A DNA stretch of 64,000 nucleotides from Escherichia coli (lineage in GTDB: Bacteria; Pseudomonadota; Gammaproteobacteria; Enterobacterales; Enterobacteriaceae): the NCBI RefSeq assembly GCF_013315695.1, contig NZ_CP054353.1, one strand, 5' to 3'. The notes beneath the pieces were generated by a model. The model was not told the origin of the DNA, did not search any database, and worked only from the letters and a program-made list of their open reading frames with translations. Each line of letters opens with the position of its first letter. Position 1 is the stretch's first letter. Made by a program: the position numbers and the translations under genes. Below, piece after piece: positions 13,016 to 26,146 of the stretch.

Positions 13016-14109
13016 TCCTGAGCCAGAGAAAGCAGTATTTGCGTAACGCGCCCTGCGGAAAGCGGGGTGCTGTGAGTAAATACTGCTTGTTTATGTAGCC
13101 AGTCGATAAAATGTCTGCTGGTTGCGAAAGAGAGCATTACAGCTTTGCTGTTATTTCCGCCCGTTAATGCACATACCATTTTACGATTTTTGCCCTGAAC
13201 CCAGAGTTGCCACTGATTTTTCCACCAGCCGTGATAAGTTTTTCCCTGAAAACGCCAGGGCGTATTATCGGTATAGTCAGCTATTTCCTCTTCAATAAAC
13301 CAAATTTCACCTTGCTGTTGGCGAAACAGTTCTGCCCAGGCCGTAATAATCGCACCTCTTAAAAAACACTCGTGTGAAATTACATGTGTTTTTACTGTAG
13401 GGAATAAAATATTCAGTACTCTAAAATGCCCGTGCGCTGTGATAACCGGACGCAGAATAACACCTTTAGCATTGCGTTTGAGCGCTGCGCTGCCATACTG
13501 AATTTCATCAAACTGACTGCGGCGTAGAAATTGTGCTTCGCGCATATCAACGCGTTGTACAATATTACTCTCGTGTAACTCTGGTTCTGCATTTCCTCTG
13601 TATCGATAATACAGACTTTCTCCAGCCTGATGCTGCGTGTAATTAGTAGAAAGATGAAGAATATTACCGCGAAGAGCATCAAAACTGATTAAAACATACA
13701 GTTTCTGCCCGCCGCTGGCTCCCTGAAATGGCACCAGAAGAGCAACCGTTTCGATTATTTCAGGAGGCGTTATTTCTTTCTGATATTGTTTAGGTGTCCA
13801 GACTTTTTTGCAGTTACGACATTGAATGCGTTGCGACCCCTGTGGATTGTGGCCATAACAAATCGTCTTTGTGCCATAACATACCGGGCAGAAATGACCT
13901 TTCTCAGTTGCAAAAGTAGATAAGTGAACTGACAACCAGTCACGAAATTGCTGTTCGTCAAACAACGGCGGGTAACTTCCACATGCCCGACAGTGCAGTG
14001 CCGGATAACCCAGTCGATAGTCTGGCCAGCTGTAATCTGTCGAAGTTGGCTGCCCTAAATTACGGCAACCAAACGACTTGCAGGCATTAATCGTAAACAG
14101 AGTCGACAT
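12979..14109 (-). CDS. Hypothetical cysteine-rich (multi zinc-ribbon) protein, accessory; function unknown
   Basis: 376-aa ORF in visibly AT-richer DNA; N-terminal 100 aa carry C-x4-C, C-x2-C, C-x2-C and C-x2-C pairs including CPVC...QRIQCRNCKKVW, which resembles the IS1 InsA / IS1595-type transposase zinc ribbon; no recognisable catalytic motif; 3' end overlaps metL by 37 bp. Confidence 0.55.
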   Translation of the reverse strand: MSTLFTINACKSFGCRNLGQPTSTDYSWPDYRLGYPALHCRACGSYPPLFDEQQFRDWLSVHLSTFATEKGHFCPVCYGTKTICYGHNPQGSQRIQCRNCKKVWTPKQYQKEITPPEIIETVALLVPFQGASGGQKLYVLISFDALRGNILHLSTNYTQHQAGESLYYRYRGNAEPELHESNIVQRVDMREAQFLRRSQFDEIQYGSAALKRNAKGVILRPVITAHGHFRVLNILFPTVKTHVISHECFLRGAIITAWAELFRQQQGEIWFIEEEIADYTDNTPWRFQGKTYHGWWKNQWQLWVQGKNRKMVCALTGGNNSKAVMLSFATSRHFIDWLHKQAVFTHSTPLSAGRVTQILLSLAQDYNNCARRLISD

Positions 14110-14241
14110 ATATCACCAACGATTTCACAAGGTCGTTGATTTTGTCCGGCAACGCTCCCTTGTGGATGTGATTGCTCTCACATAAATAATTCTTTCAGAA
14201 CGTAATGTAGCAATCCTTTATCTCACTGGAAGGGATTGTTT

Positions 14242-15795
14242 ATGAAAATTAAAATGCTTGCTGCGGGTATCGCATTAACACTGCCGTTTTGGGCTTGCGC
14301 CAAAGATGTCACCATCATTTATACCAACGACCTCCATGCACATGTAGAGCCTTATAAAGTGCCGTGGATTGCTGACGGTAAACGAGATATTGGCGGCTGG
14401 GCAAATATCACTACGCTTGTTAAACAAGAAAAAGCTAAAAACAAAGCGACCTGGTTTTTTGATGCGGGTGACTATTTTACCGGGCCGTATATCAGCAGCC
14501 TGACTAAAGGCAAGGCGATTATCGATATTATGAATACCATGCCATTCGATGCGGTCACTATAGGTAATCATGAATTTGATCACGGCTGGGACAATACGTT
14601 ATTACAGTTGAGTCAGGCAAAATTCCCGATTGTGCAGGGTAATGTTTTTTATCAGAACAGCAGTAAATCATTCTGGGATAAGCCCTATACCATCATTGAA
14701 AAAGACGGCGTGAAAATTGGCGTGATTGGTTTGCACGGTGTATTTGCCTTTAATGATACGGTATCTGCGGCAACGCGAGTGGGTATTGAGGCGCGTGATG
14801 AAATTAAATGGCTACAACGTTATATCGATGAACTCAAAGGCAAGGTTGATTTGACCGTTGCGCTGATTCACGAAGGTGTTCCGGCCCGCCAGTCCAGTAT
14901 GGGGGGCACAGATGTGCGCCGCGCACTGGATAAAGATATTCAGACGGCAAGTCAGGTGAAAGGGCTGGATATTTTGATCACCGGGCATGCACATGTGGGT
15001 ACGCCGGAACCGATTAAAGTCGGCAATACGCTCATCCTCTCCACTGACAGCGGTGGGATTGATGTCGGTAAACTGGTACTGGACTACAAAGAGAAGCCGC
15101 ATGATTTTACGGTGAAAAACTTCGAGCTTAAAACCATTTACGCCGACGAGTGGAAGCCCGATCCGCAAACAAAACAGGTGATCGACGGCTGGAATAAAAA
15201 GCTTGATGAAGTGGTGCAACAAACGGTCGCGCAATCGCCGGTTGAATTAAAACGTGCCTATGGTGAATCGGCTTCCCTCGGGAACCTGGCGGCTGATGCT
15301 TTACTGGTAGCGGCGGGTAAAAACACCCAATTGGCGTTAACCAACTCTGGCGGCATTCGCAATGAGATCCCCGCAGGGGCGATTACGATGGGCGGCGTCA
15401 TCAGTACCTTCCCGTTCCCCAACGAACTGGTGACGATGGAACTCACGGGTAAACAATTACGCAGTTTGATGGAACACGGCGCAAGTTTAAGTAATGGCGT
15501 TTTACAGGTATCGAAAGGCCTGGAAATGAAGTACGACAGCAGCAAACCGGTTGGTCAGCGGGTAATCACACTGACTCTGAATGGCAAACCCATTGAAGAT
15601 GCGACAGTTTATTCTATTGCCACCCAGAGTTTCCTTGCTGATGGTGGAGATGGTTTTACCGCCTTTACCGAAGGGAAAGCGCGTAACACAACGGGCGGTT
15701 ATTACGTTTATCACGCCGTGGTTGATTACTTCAAAGCGGGTAACACCATCACGGATGAACAGATCAACGGTATGCGCGTGAAAGATATCAAGTAA
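14242..15795 (+). CDS. Secreted bifunctional metallophosphatase / 5'-nucleotidase (UshA family)
   Basis: ORF 14236..15795; first ATG at 14242 with GGAAGGG RBS 6 nt upstream; signal peptide [20 protein letters not shown]; motifs [27 protein letters not shown] and a C-terminal nucleotide-binding domain ([14 protein letters not shown]). Confidence 0.8.
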   Translation: MKIKMLAAGIALTLPFWACAKDVTIIYTNDLHAHVEPYKVPWIADGKRDIGGWANITTLVKQEKAKNKATWFFDAGDYFTGPYISSLTKGKAIIDIMNTMPFDAVTIGNHEFDHGWDNTLLQLSQAKFPIVQGNVFYQNSSKSFWDKPYTIIEKDGVKIGVIGLHGVFAFNDTVSAATRVGIEARDEIKWLQRYIDELKGKVDLTVALIHEGVPARQSSMGGTDVRRALDKDIQTASQVKGLDILITGHAHVGTPEPIKVGNTLILSTDSGGIDVGKLVLDYKEKPHDFTVKNFELKTIYADEWKPDPQTKQVIDGWNKKLDEVVQQTVAQSPVELKRAYGESASLGNLAADALLVAAGKNTQLALTNSGGIRNEIPAGAITMGGVISTFPFPNELVTMELTGKQLRSLMEHGASLSNGVLQVSKGLEMKYDSSKPVGQRVITLTLNGKPIEDATVYSIATQSFLADGGDGFTAFTEGKARNTTGGYYVYHAVVDYFKAGNTITDEQINGMRVKDIK

Positions 15796-16106
15796 AAGTA
15801 CGTATTGAGTTGATTCATTTGTTTGTTACCCGTTGATTTTGCAGATCCAGTATTCGGCCTACGCGAGGGCGCAGGCCGAATCAGATGCCTTAGCATCACC
15901 ATCCGGTGGCAGGACGTTGTTTTTCGAATAAGCCCAGGTGTCGCTGTGTTGTCAGAATATCAGTCAAAACGTGCGAGGTGGATTGCGCTATAGAGAAATC
16001 TTTTATCGCCTCTAATTAAGATGAGTTTTTTTCAACTTCCCTGATTTTTCCTCACCATCATTGGTCATTTTTCGGTTGACGCCCCTCGGCTTTTCCTTCA
16101 TCTTTA

Positions 16107-16138
16107 CATCTGGACGTCTAAATGGATAGATGTTCACA
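16107..16138 (+). promoter_or_regulatory. metF operator (tandem met boxes)
   Basis: acatctgg acgtctaa atggatag atgttcac: four tandem 8-bp met-box-like repeats about 40 bp upstream of metF. Confidence 0.65.
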
Positions 16139-16173
16139 ACACAACATATAACTACAAGCGATTGATGAGGTAA

Positions 16174-17067
<894 letters not shown>

Positions 17068-17294
17068 ATACTGTGACTTTTGTGAAAATCACACTGCGAT
17101 CACAAATTTTAAACAGAGCACAAAATGCTGCCTGAAATGCGAGTGAGAAAATAAGGTAGTCAGCCTCGTTTTCTCCCTCATTTCTTGAAGGATACGAATC
17201 TAAAACCCTTTTTTATAAAGTATTTGTCCGAAATCGGACATAATCAAAAAAGCTTAATTACGATCAATTTGATCTACATCTCTTTAACCAACAA

Positions 17295-19575
<2,281 letters not shown>

Positions 19576-19583
19576 TCTGACCT

Positions 19584-19623
19584 TCTTCAGCGACTGCCTT
19601 TCAGGCAGTCGCTGAAGTTTCTT
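19584..19623 (+). terminator. katG intrinsic terminator
   Basis: Long perfect stem cttcagcgactgcct / aggcagtcgctgaag with a ttc loop, followed by a T-rich tail. Confidence 0.7.
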
Positions 19624-19668
19624 TACCGGCGTATAGTGTCCACAGGAAAACTACACACTGGATCTCTC

Positions 19669-20574
19669 ATGTCTGCCGCAGGAAAGAGCAACCCACTGGC
19701 AATCAGTGGCCTGGTTGTGCTCACACTTATCTGGAGTTATAGCTGGATTTTCATGAAGCAAGTCACCAGCTACATCGGTGCCTTCGACTTTACCGCCTTA
19801 CGCTGCATTTTCGGCGCTCTCGTTTTATTCATCGTCCTTTTATTACGTGGTCGCGGAATGCGCCCGACACCGTTTAAATACACCTTAGCCATTGCCCTGT
19901 TACAAACCTGCGGGATGGTCGGCCTGGCGCAGTGGGCGCTGGTCAGCGGAGGAGCGGGGAAGGTGGCAATCCTGAGCTATACCATGCCGTTCTGGGTGGT
20001 GATTTTCGCCGCGTTGTTTCTCGGTGAACGCCTGCGACGTGGGCAATATTTCGCGATTCTGATTGCCGCTTTCGGCTTATTTTTGGTGTTGCAGCCGTGG
20101 CAACTCGATTTCTCTTCGATGAAAAGCGCCATGCTGGCAATCCTCTCCGGTGTGAGTTGGGGGGCGAGCGCGATTGTTGCTAAACGTCTGTATGCCCGCC
20201 ATCCGCGCGTGGATTTATTGTCGCTAACATCCTGGCAGATGCTGTATGCGGCGCTGGTGATGAGCGTGGTCGCTTTACTGGTGCCGCAACGTGAAATTGA
20301 CTGGCAACCCACCGTGTTCTGGGCGCTGGCCTACAGTGCGATTCTGGCGACAGCGCTGGCGTGGAGCTTATGGTTGTTTGTATTGAAAAACTTGCCTGCC
20401 AGTATTGCCAGCTTAAGCACACTGGCCGTTCCCGTTTGCGGCGTACTCTTTTCCTGGTGGCTGCTCGGTGAGAATCCGGGGGCCGTTGAAGGTAGCGGTA
20501 TTGTGCTGATTGTGCTGGCACTGGCGCTGGTGAGCCGTAAGAAAAAAGAAGCCGTCAGTGTAAAAAGGATCTGA
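19669..20574 (+). CDS. yijE: EamA/DMT-family inner membrane transporter YijE
   Basis: ORF 19636..20574 (GTG at 19636); polytopic membrane protein; start placed at ATG 19669 ([11 protein letters not shown]) giving 301 aa; start uncertain. Confidence 0.8.
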
Positions 20575-20600
20575 ATTTTTTCTTCATGTGGGGAGATCGC

Positions 20601-21218
20601 TTATTTAGCAAAATACCGATAGTGCCCCACCATCCGCCAGCTAAACAGTACATCTTCTTCCTGCGCGCCTGCGCCAATGTTATGTATCACCAGCGGCGTA
20701 CCGTCGCGGGCGAAGCCATCTGACACCACCCCAATATGTGCCAGCCCGTTATCTAATCGCCAGGAGACAATATCGCCCGATTGATAGTCACTGGGGTTCT
20801 TGCTGGTGGGGCGTGTTTTATCGTGGCGGGTAAACCAGGTTTCCAGATTAGGCACCCGACGGTGATCGATGTTGCTGTCCGGGCGCTTTAACTGCCATTT
20901 TTGCGGGTACGCAGCAAAATTCTTCGCCATATCTTCGTGCACCAGTTTCTGCAAATCGACCTTCTGGCTGCGCAATGCACGGATCACCACATCGGAACAT
21001 ACGCCGCGTTCTTGCGGGACATCACCGCCAGGATAGGTAAGCTGCACATACGCCGGATCGTAAAATAGCGTGCTGCCGATTTGCTGTCTGGCACCGTCTG
21101 CGATGGCAAGGTTGGTGTTGGCCTGGATCTGTACCACGGTTGGTGGAACGGCGGGAGATTTTAAGGAGTGGCTGGTAAATGCCGTTAGCAGGCTGACCAG
21201 CACCAGTGAAGCTTTCAT
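20601..21218 (-). CDS. yijF: DUF1287-family periplasmic protein YijF
   Basis: 205-aa ORF with signal peptide MKASLVLVSLLTAFTSHS; recognised as YijF. Confidence 0.8.
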   Translation of the reverse strand: MKASLVLVSLLTAFTSHSLKSPAVPPTVVQIQANTNLAIADGARQQIGSTLFYDPAYVQLTYPGGDVPQERGVCSDVVIRALRSQKVDLQKLVHEDMAKNFAAYPQKWQLKRPDSNIDHRRVPNLETWFTRHDKTRPTSKNPSDYQSGDIVSWRLDNGLAHIGVVSDGFARDGTPLVIHNIGAGAQEEDVLFSWRMVGHYRYFAK

Positions 21219-21367
21219 CTGGTTCGTCCGTGAAAATAAGAGTCACAGATTCGACCTTCCGGGCTAACGATTGTTCTGTAGAGAAAATGTCCAGAAGCGG
21301 ATAAAAAATTCCTGAACAACGTGGGAGTTTCAGACGGGTGATAACGTATAAAAAGTGCTCGAACAGT

Positions 21368-21548
21368 CCCCTCTCCCCTTTGGGGAGAGGGTTAGGGTGA
21401 GGGGAACAGGCCAACTCCGGGGCGAATATTTACCCTCACCCCGACCCTCTCCCTGAAAGGGCGAGGGGGAAAAACATGCCCGCAGTGACGAGTGAGCCAC
21501 TTTGCCTGCACTCTCAAACTCCCGGACAAGCCGGGAGTTTGGAGTAGG
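21368..21548. repeat. Cluster of GC-rich palindromic intergenic repeats (boxC/RIP-like)
   Basis: Perfect hairpin ccctctcccc-ttt-ggggagaggg (21369..21391); gggtgagggg (21395..21404) pairing with ccctcacccc (21433..21442); third ccctctccc copy (21445..21453); perfect palindrome aaactcccgg-acaag-ccgggagttt (21519..21543). Confidence 0.6.
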
Positions 21549-22652
21549 TTATTCCCACTCTTGCAGGAAACGCTGACCATACTGGTCGGCTACCAGCAGT
21601 GCGGCGTAAACCTGATCTGGCGTCGCGCCGCCAGGCATGTTGTGGATGGTTTCACCTTCTGCACATGCCGCTTCTGCCACAATTCGCATTTTCGCCGGGA
21701 CATCTTCTTTAATATCCAGTTGAGCGAGAGTTATTGGCAAACCTACCGCATGGCTAAGCGCAGCTACGGTTTCGATTTCCTCCACCGGCGCGTTTTCCAG
21801 CACCAGCTGCGTCAGCGTACCGAATGCTACTTTTTCACCATGATAATAGTGATGCGCGTCCGGGATAGCGGTCAGGCCGTTATGTACCGCGTGTGCCGCC
21901 GCCAGCCCGCCGCTTTCAAAACCAACACCGCTCAAATAGGTGTTCGCTTCAATCACGCGTTCCAGCGCCGGAGTCACTACATGCTGTTCGGCGGCAAGCA
22001 TCGCTTTTTCGCCTTCTTCCAGCAGAGTGTTGTAGCACAGTTCTGCCAGTGCCAGCGCCGCCTGGGTGCACTTGCCGCCCGCCATGGTGGTCGCGCCGCT
22101 ACGAGAGCAAGCACGCGCTTCAAACCAGGTTGCCAGCGCATCGCCGATACCCGCCGCTAACAGACGTGCAGGTGCGCCAGCGACGATTTTGGTGTCGACA
22201 ATGACCATATTCGGGTTATTTGGCAACATCAGATAGCGGTCAAATTCACCCTCATCGGTGTAGATAACAGACAATGCGCTGCACGGTGCGTCGGTAGAGG
22301 CGATAGTCGGTGCGATCGCTACCGGAACACCCATGAAATGTGCCAGTGCTTTGGCAGTATCGAGAGTTTTTCCGCCACCGATACCGAGAATTGCGCCACA
22401 CTGCGCAGTTTCCGCGATGCCACGCAGACGGTCGATCTCATTTTGCGAACATTCACCGCCAAACGGCGCAATTTCTACTACCAGTCCAGCATCTTTAAAG
22501 CTTTTCTCGACAGTGGATTGAGCAAAACCTAAAACAAATTTGTCACCCACCACTAACCAGCGTTCTGCCAGCGGCTTCAGGTATTCGCCCAGACGATTAA
22601 TCACATCAGCGCCCTGGATGTATTTACCCGGTGATTGAATAATGCGGTCCAT
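21549..22652 (-). CDS. gldA: Glycerol dehydrogenase (iron-containing ADH family)
   Basis: ORF 21549..22691; start trimmed to [24 protein letters not shown] giving 367 aa. Confidence 0.9.
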   Translation of the reverse strand: MDRIIQSPGKYIQGADVINRLGEYLKPLAERWLVVGDKFVLGFAQSTVEKSFKDAGLVVEIAPFGGECSQNEIDRLRGIAETAQCGAILGIGGGKTLDTAKALAHFMGVPVAIAPTIASTDAPCSALSVIYTDEGEFDRYLMLPNNPNMVIVDTKIVAGAPARLLAAGIGDALATWFEARACSRSGATTMAGGKCTQAALALAELCYNTLLEEGEKAMLAAEQHVVTPALERVIEANTYLSGVGFESGGLAAAHAVHNGLTAIPDAHHYYHGEKVAFGTLTQLVLENAPVEEIETVAALSHAVGLPITLAQLDIKEDVPAKMRIVAEAACAEGETIHNMPGGATPDQVYAALLVADQYGQRFLQEWE

Positions 22653-22662
22653 AATTGCTCCT

Positions 22663-23325
22663 TTAGAGATGAGTAGTGCCAAATGCGGCATTCCAGTCGT
22701 GTTCGAACTTCTCTATAGCTGACTCTACCGCAGGGGTGTTGAGCATTTGTTGCGCTACATCTAAGGGCAGGGTGATGGATTCACATCCTGCCAGTAAACA
22801 GTCCAGCGCCTGACGCGGCGTTTTAAAGCTGGCTGCCAGCACCATGCTTTCTGGCGCGTGCATTTCCAACAGCGCTTGCAGCTCCTGAACCGTACGAATG
22901 CCGTCACCGCCCTGGGCGTCGACGCGGTTAACATACGGAGCAACATATTTTGCCCCTGCCAGCGCGGCTAATAACCCTTGTGCGGCGCTATATACAGCGG
23001 TGCCAAGTGTAGTAATACCCTCTTTTTTCAGCATTTTAATGGCGGCAAGACCTTCGGAAGTTACCGGGATTTTCACCACAATGCCCGGAATGGCGTCGCG
23101 CAGGCGCTTCGCTTCTTCCACCATACCCTGCGCGTCACGACTCATGGTCTGAGCAAACAAAATACCCTCATCACCAATCGCTTTTTGCAGACGCGGCAGC
23201 ACTTCCCATATGGACTCCTTGCTGGCAGCGATAATGCTCGGGTTAGTTGTCACCCCGGCAATCGGGAATATGCGTGCCAGACGTTCGACTTCTGCGACGT
23301 TAGCGGTGTCCAGATACAGTTCCAT
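22663..23325 (-). CDS. fsaB: Fructose-6-phosphate aldolase 2 (transaldolase-like)
   Basis: 220-aa [36 protein letters not shown]; TalC/FsaB family. Confidence 0.9.
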   Translation of the reverse strand: MELYLDTANVAEVERLARIFPIAGVTTNPSIIAASKESIWEVLPRLQKAIGDEGILFAQTMSRDAQGMVEEAKRLRDAIPGIVVKIPVTSEGLAAIKMLKKEGITTLGTAVYSAAQGLLAALAGAKYVAPYVNRVDAQGGDGIRTVQELQALLEMHAPESMVLAASFKTPRQALDCLLAGCESITLPLDVAQQMLNTPAVESAIEKFEHDWNAAFGTTHL

Positions 23326-23336
23326 GATGTTTCCTT

Positions 23337-25838
23337 TTACAGTTCCAGTTCATGTTGCAGCAGGCTGGCGATAGCGTCGGCAGAGGCGGCGTTAACCAGC
23401 GCGTTACGGAATTCTTCGTGCATGATGCGACGAGCGAGGCGCGAGAAAATGCGCATGTGCTGATCGCCCGCAGCATGTTTGTTCAGGGTTAACATAATGA
23501 TGAATTGCGCTTCATCATCGCCCCAGCGCACCGGCGCTGCCAGACGCGCCACGCTGATGGTGGATTGCTCAATGTGTTCTGATTTGCTGTGGGGAATGGC
23601 AAAACTAAAGCCCAGACCGGTAGAGAAAACGGCCTCGCGCGCCCACAAGTCGGCTTCCAGTTTACGCGGATAGCGACAGCGGCCCGCCAGCAGCAGGTTA
23701 TCGGTCATGCCTTTGAGCACTTCTTCTTTGCTGCGCCAGTCGCTTTCCAGTGTGATGCACTCGGCGGTGACCAGCGGTGCGTCTTGTTGGGTCATGCGGA
23801 ATTGCGCCAGCAGGTGTTCCACTTCCAGCGAAGTACGGCAGGCCATTGCCTGGTTGAGCAACTTGCGGCACTCACGGCTATCAAGTTGCGCCATCCGCGC
23901 TTTCGCCGCCGGAATTGATGGTGCGCTCATGCTGAGTTCATCCAGCCCTAAGCCGACCAGCAACGGCAGCACGGAACCTTTCGCTCCTAGTTCACCGCAC
24001 AGACCAATCCATTTGCCCTGGCGATGCACCGCCTGCACGGCGTAATCGAGCGCCCGCAGGAATGCCGGATTCAGGCTGTTATAGTGACGAGTAACCTTAG
24101 CGTTATCGCGATCCACTGCCAGCAGATATTGCGTCAGGTCATTACTACCAATACTAAAGAAATCAATCTCTTCACAGCATTGATCGATGATGAACATCAC
24201 CGACGGCACTTCCAGCATGATGCCGAGCTGGATTTTCTCATCAAACGGAATGTGTTCGTTACGCAGTTGCTGTTTTGCTTCCGCCAGTTTTTCTTTCACC
24301 CATAAGATCTCTTCCATTGAGGAGATCATCGGGATCATGATTTTCAGGCTGCCGTGAGCGGAGGCACGGAGAATCGACCGTAGTTGTGTGGTAAATAACG
24401 ACGCGTACTCTTCATAAATACGCACGGCGCGATAACCGAGGAACGGGTTTGCCTCTGCGGGAATGTTCAGATAATCAACGGGTTTGTCACCGCCAATATC
24501 CATAGTGCGCACAATAATGCTGCGTCCGTTGGCGGACTCCAGCGCCTGACAAAAAATGTTGTACAGCTCGCTTTCGCCCGGTGCACTGGTGCGATCCATA
24601 TAGAGCATTTCAGTGCGGAATAAACCAACGCCTTCCGCACCATTGCCGAATGCGGCCTGCGCTTCCACGGAGTGAGCGATGTTAGCGGCAATTTCAATGC
24701 GGATACCGTCAGCGGTACGGGCTTGTTGGGTCAGCCAGACACGCTGTTGCTCACGCAGGGCGTCCTGTACGCGGGCTTCTTGCTGATAATAACGGGCCAC
24801 GGCTTCCCCTGGCTCAACCACAATCGCCCCTGCGTTGCCGTCGATATAAATCGTTTGATGCTGCCACGGAGTAAGGGCATCAATATCCACACCTACCAGC
24901 GTCGGAATGTTGAACGAACGGGCAAGGATCACCGTATGTGAGGTGGTGCCGCCACTTTTCAGTAATAGACCTTTGAGGTGACTTTTATCCAGTTCGAGGA
25001 ACTGGCTGGGGGTCAGTTCATCAGCCATACAAATGGCGGGCTGCGTCAGTTTGCCCGGTGCCGGGAAGCGTTGCTCACCGTAGATTTGCTGGAGTAACTG
25101 GAAGCAGACGTCGCGTACGTCCAGAGCACGTTCTTGCAGGTAGCTGCTGCTGGAACGGGCGAACTCTTCGCAAAAGTGATTCGCACTGGCAACAATCGCT
25201 TCGGCGCAGCTTAATCCGGCGCTGACACCTGCCAGTAAATGTTCGCGCAGGGAAGTATCGCCAGCCAGGGATCGGTGCGCTTCCAGAATCGCGCTGGTAG
25301 CACCGTCGCTATCCAGCAGACGAAACTCTATGTTTTTCAGTACCAGCGTCAGACCGTTTTCCAGTGCGGATTGTTCGGCGTCAACGCCTTTGGCTGCGGG
25401 AAGATTACCCAGCGCATTGAGATCTAAAGAAGAGATCGGCGTCAGAATGCCGCCTGCGCTACCGCTGCACACGGTGCGGGCGCGGATAATTTGCGGATTC
25501 AGATTGGTCAGTGAAACCGGCAGTGGTTCCAGTTCGTCAGATTTAACTTCCGCCAGCGGCGCATCGCAGTGGGGGAATTCATCGCGCAGCCATTGGCTTA
25601 AACGCTGGTGCGCTTCCTGTTCGTCGGCCCCGGAAATCAGTAACTGGCAGTTATCGCCCGCCAGCGTGTCGGTGCCAATCAGCGCAAGGGCGCTTTTGGC
25701 GTTGCCCTTGCGGTCAGTGCGCAGGTTATGCCACTCAATTTGTGATGAAAAAGTATTACACAGCGTTTCAACGTGGCTTGCCGGACGCGCATGGACGCCG
25801 TTAGGTAGCTCACAAATAAATTCCACAATCAGGGCCAT
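23337..25838 (-). CDS. ptsA: Multiphosphoryl transfer protein (PTS EI-HPr-EIIA fusion, fructose-like)
   Basis: 833-aa ORF with HPr-like N-terminus, enzyme I PEP-utilising core and C-terminal EIIA-like domain. Confidence 0.88.
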   Translation of the reverse strand: MALIVEFICELPNGVHARPASHVETLCNTFSSQIEWHNLRTDRKGNAKSALALIGTDTLAGDNCQLLISGADEQEAHQRLSQWLRDEFPHCDAPLAEVKSDELEPLPVSLTNLNPQIIRARTVCSGSAGGILTPISSLDLNALGNLPAAKGVDAEQSALENGLTLVLKNIEFRLLDSDGATSAILEAHRSLAGDTSLREHLLAGVSAGLSCAEAIVASANHFCEEFARSSSSYLQERALDVRDVCFQLLQQIYGEQRFPAPGKLTQPAICMADELTPSQFLELDKSHLKGLLLKSGGTTSHTVILARSFNIPTLVGVDIDALTPWQHQTIYIDGNAGAIVVEPGEAVARYYQQEARVQDALREQQRVWLTQQARTADGIRIEIAANIAHSVEAQAAFGNGAEGVGLFRTEMLYMDRTSAPGESELYNIFCQALESANGRSIIVRTMDIGGDKPVDYLNIPAEANPFLGYRAVRIYEEYASLFTTQLRSILRASAHGSLKIMIPMISSMEEILWVKEKLAEAKQQLRNEHIPFDEKIQLGIMLEVPSVMFIIDQCCEEIDFFSIGSNDLTQYLLAVDRDNAKVTRHYNSLNPAFLRALDYAVQAVHRQGKWIGLCGELGAKGSVLPLLVGLGLDELSMSAPSIPAAKARMAQLDSRECRKLLNQAMACRTSLEVEHLLAQFRMTQQDAPLVTAECITLESDWRSKEEVLKGMTDNLLLAGRCRYPRKLEADLWAREAVFSTGLGFSFAIPHSKSEHIEQSTISVARLAAPVRWGDDEAQFIIMLTLNKHAAGDQHMRIFSRLARRIMHEEFRNALVNAASADAIASLLQHELEL

Positions 25839-26146
25839 TGCCTTTCTCCCGGTACGGTTTTCTGTTTACAGGATAAGAGCGCACGGTAACGGCCTGCCAT
25901 GTGACAAATCTGCCAAAAGCTGGACAAATGTAATGTAACCGTCAATTTGCGACGCGTCTCACAAGACGCCGTTTTGCGGCATGCTTCCGGATTATCGCAA
26001 GTTATGAGGCGGATCGCATTTTTGTACTGATATTACAAAAGTCCAGTAAATGGCCTTTTTATCCACTGTTTGCTCCGCCTGCGATTGCCTATTGTTTCTT
26101 CCATCAAAAATATGGACATGGGCTTTCGCAAGCCCGGGAGCAGCTT

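Noticed and set aside
21492-22204. Plus-strand ORFs of 222 aa and 103 aa antisense to gldA
   Set aside because: Antisense to a well-supported gene; the 222-aa ORF start also lies within the palindromic repeat cluster; no recognisable domain.
25330-25938. 202-aa plus-strand ORF antisense to the ptsA 5' end
   Set aside because: Antisense artefact; Ser/Arg-rich low-complexity translation.
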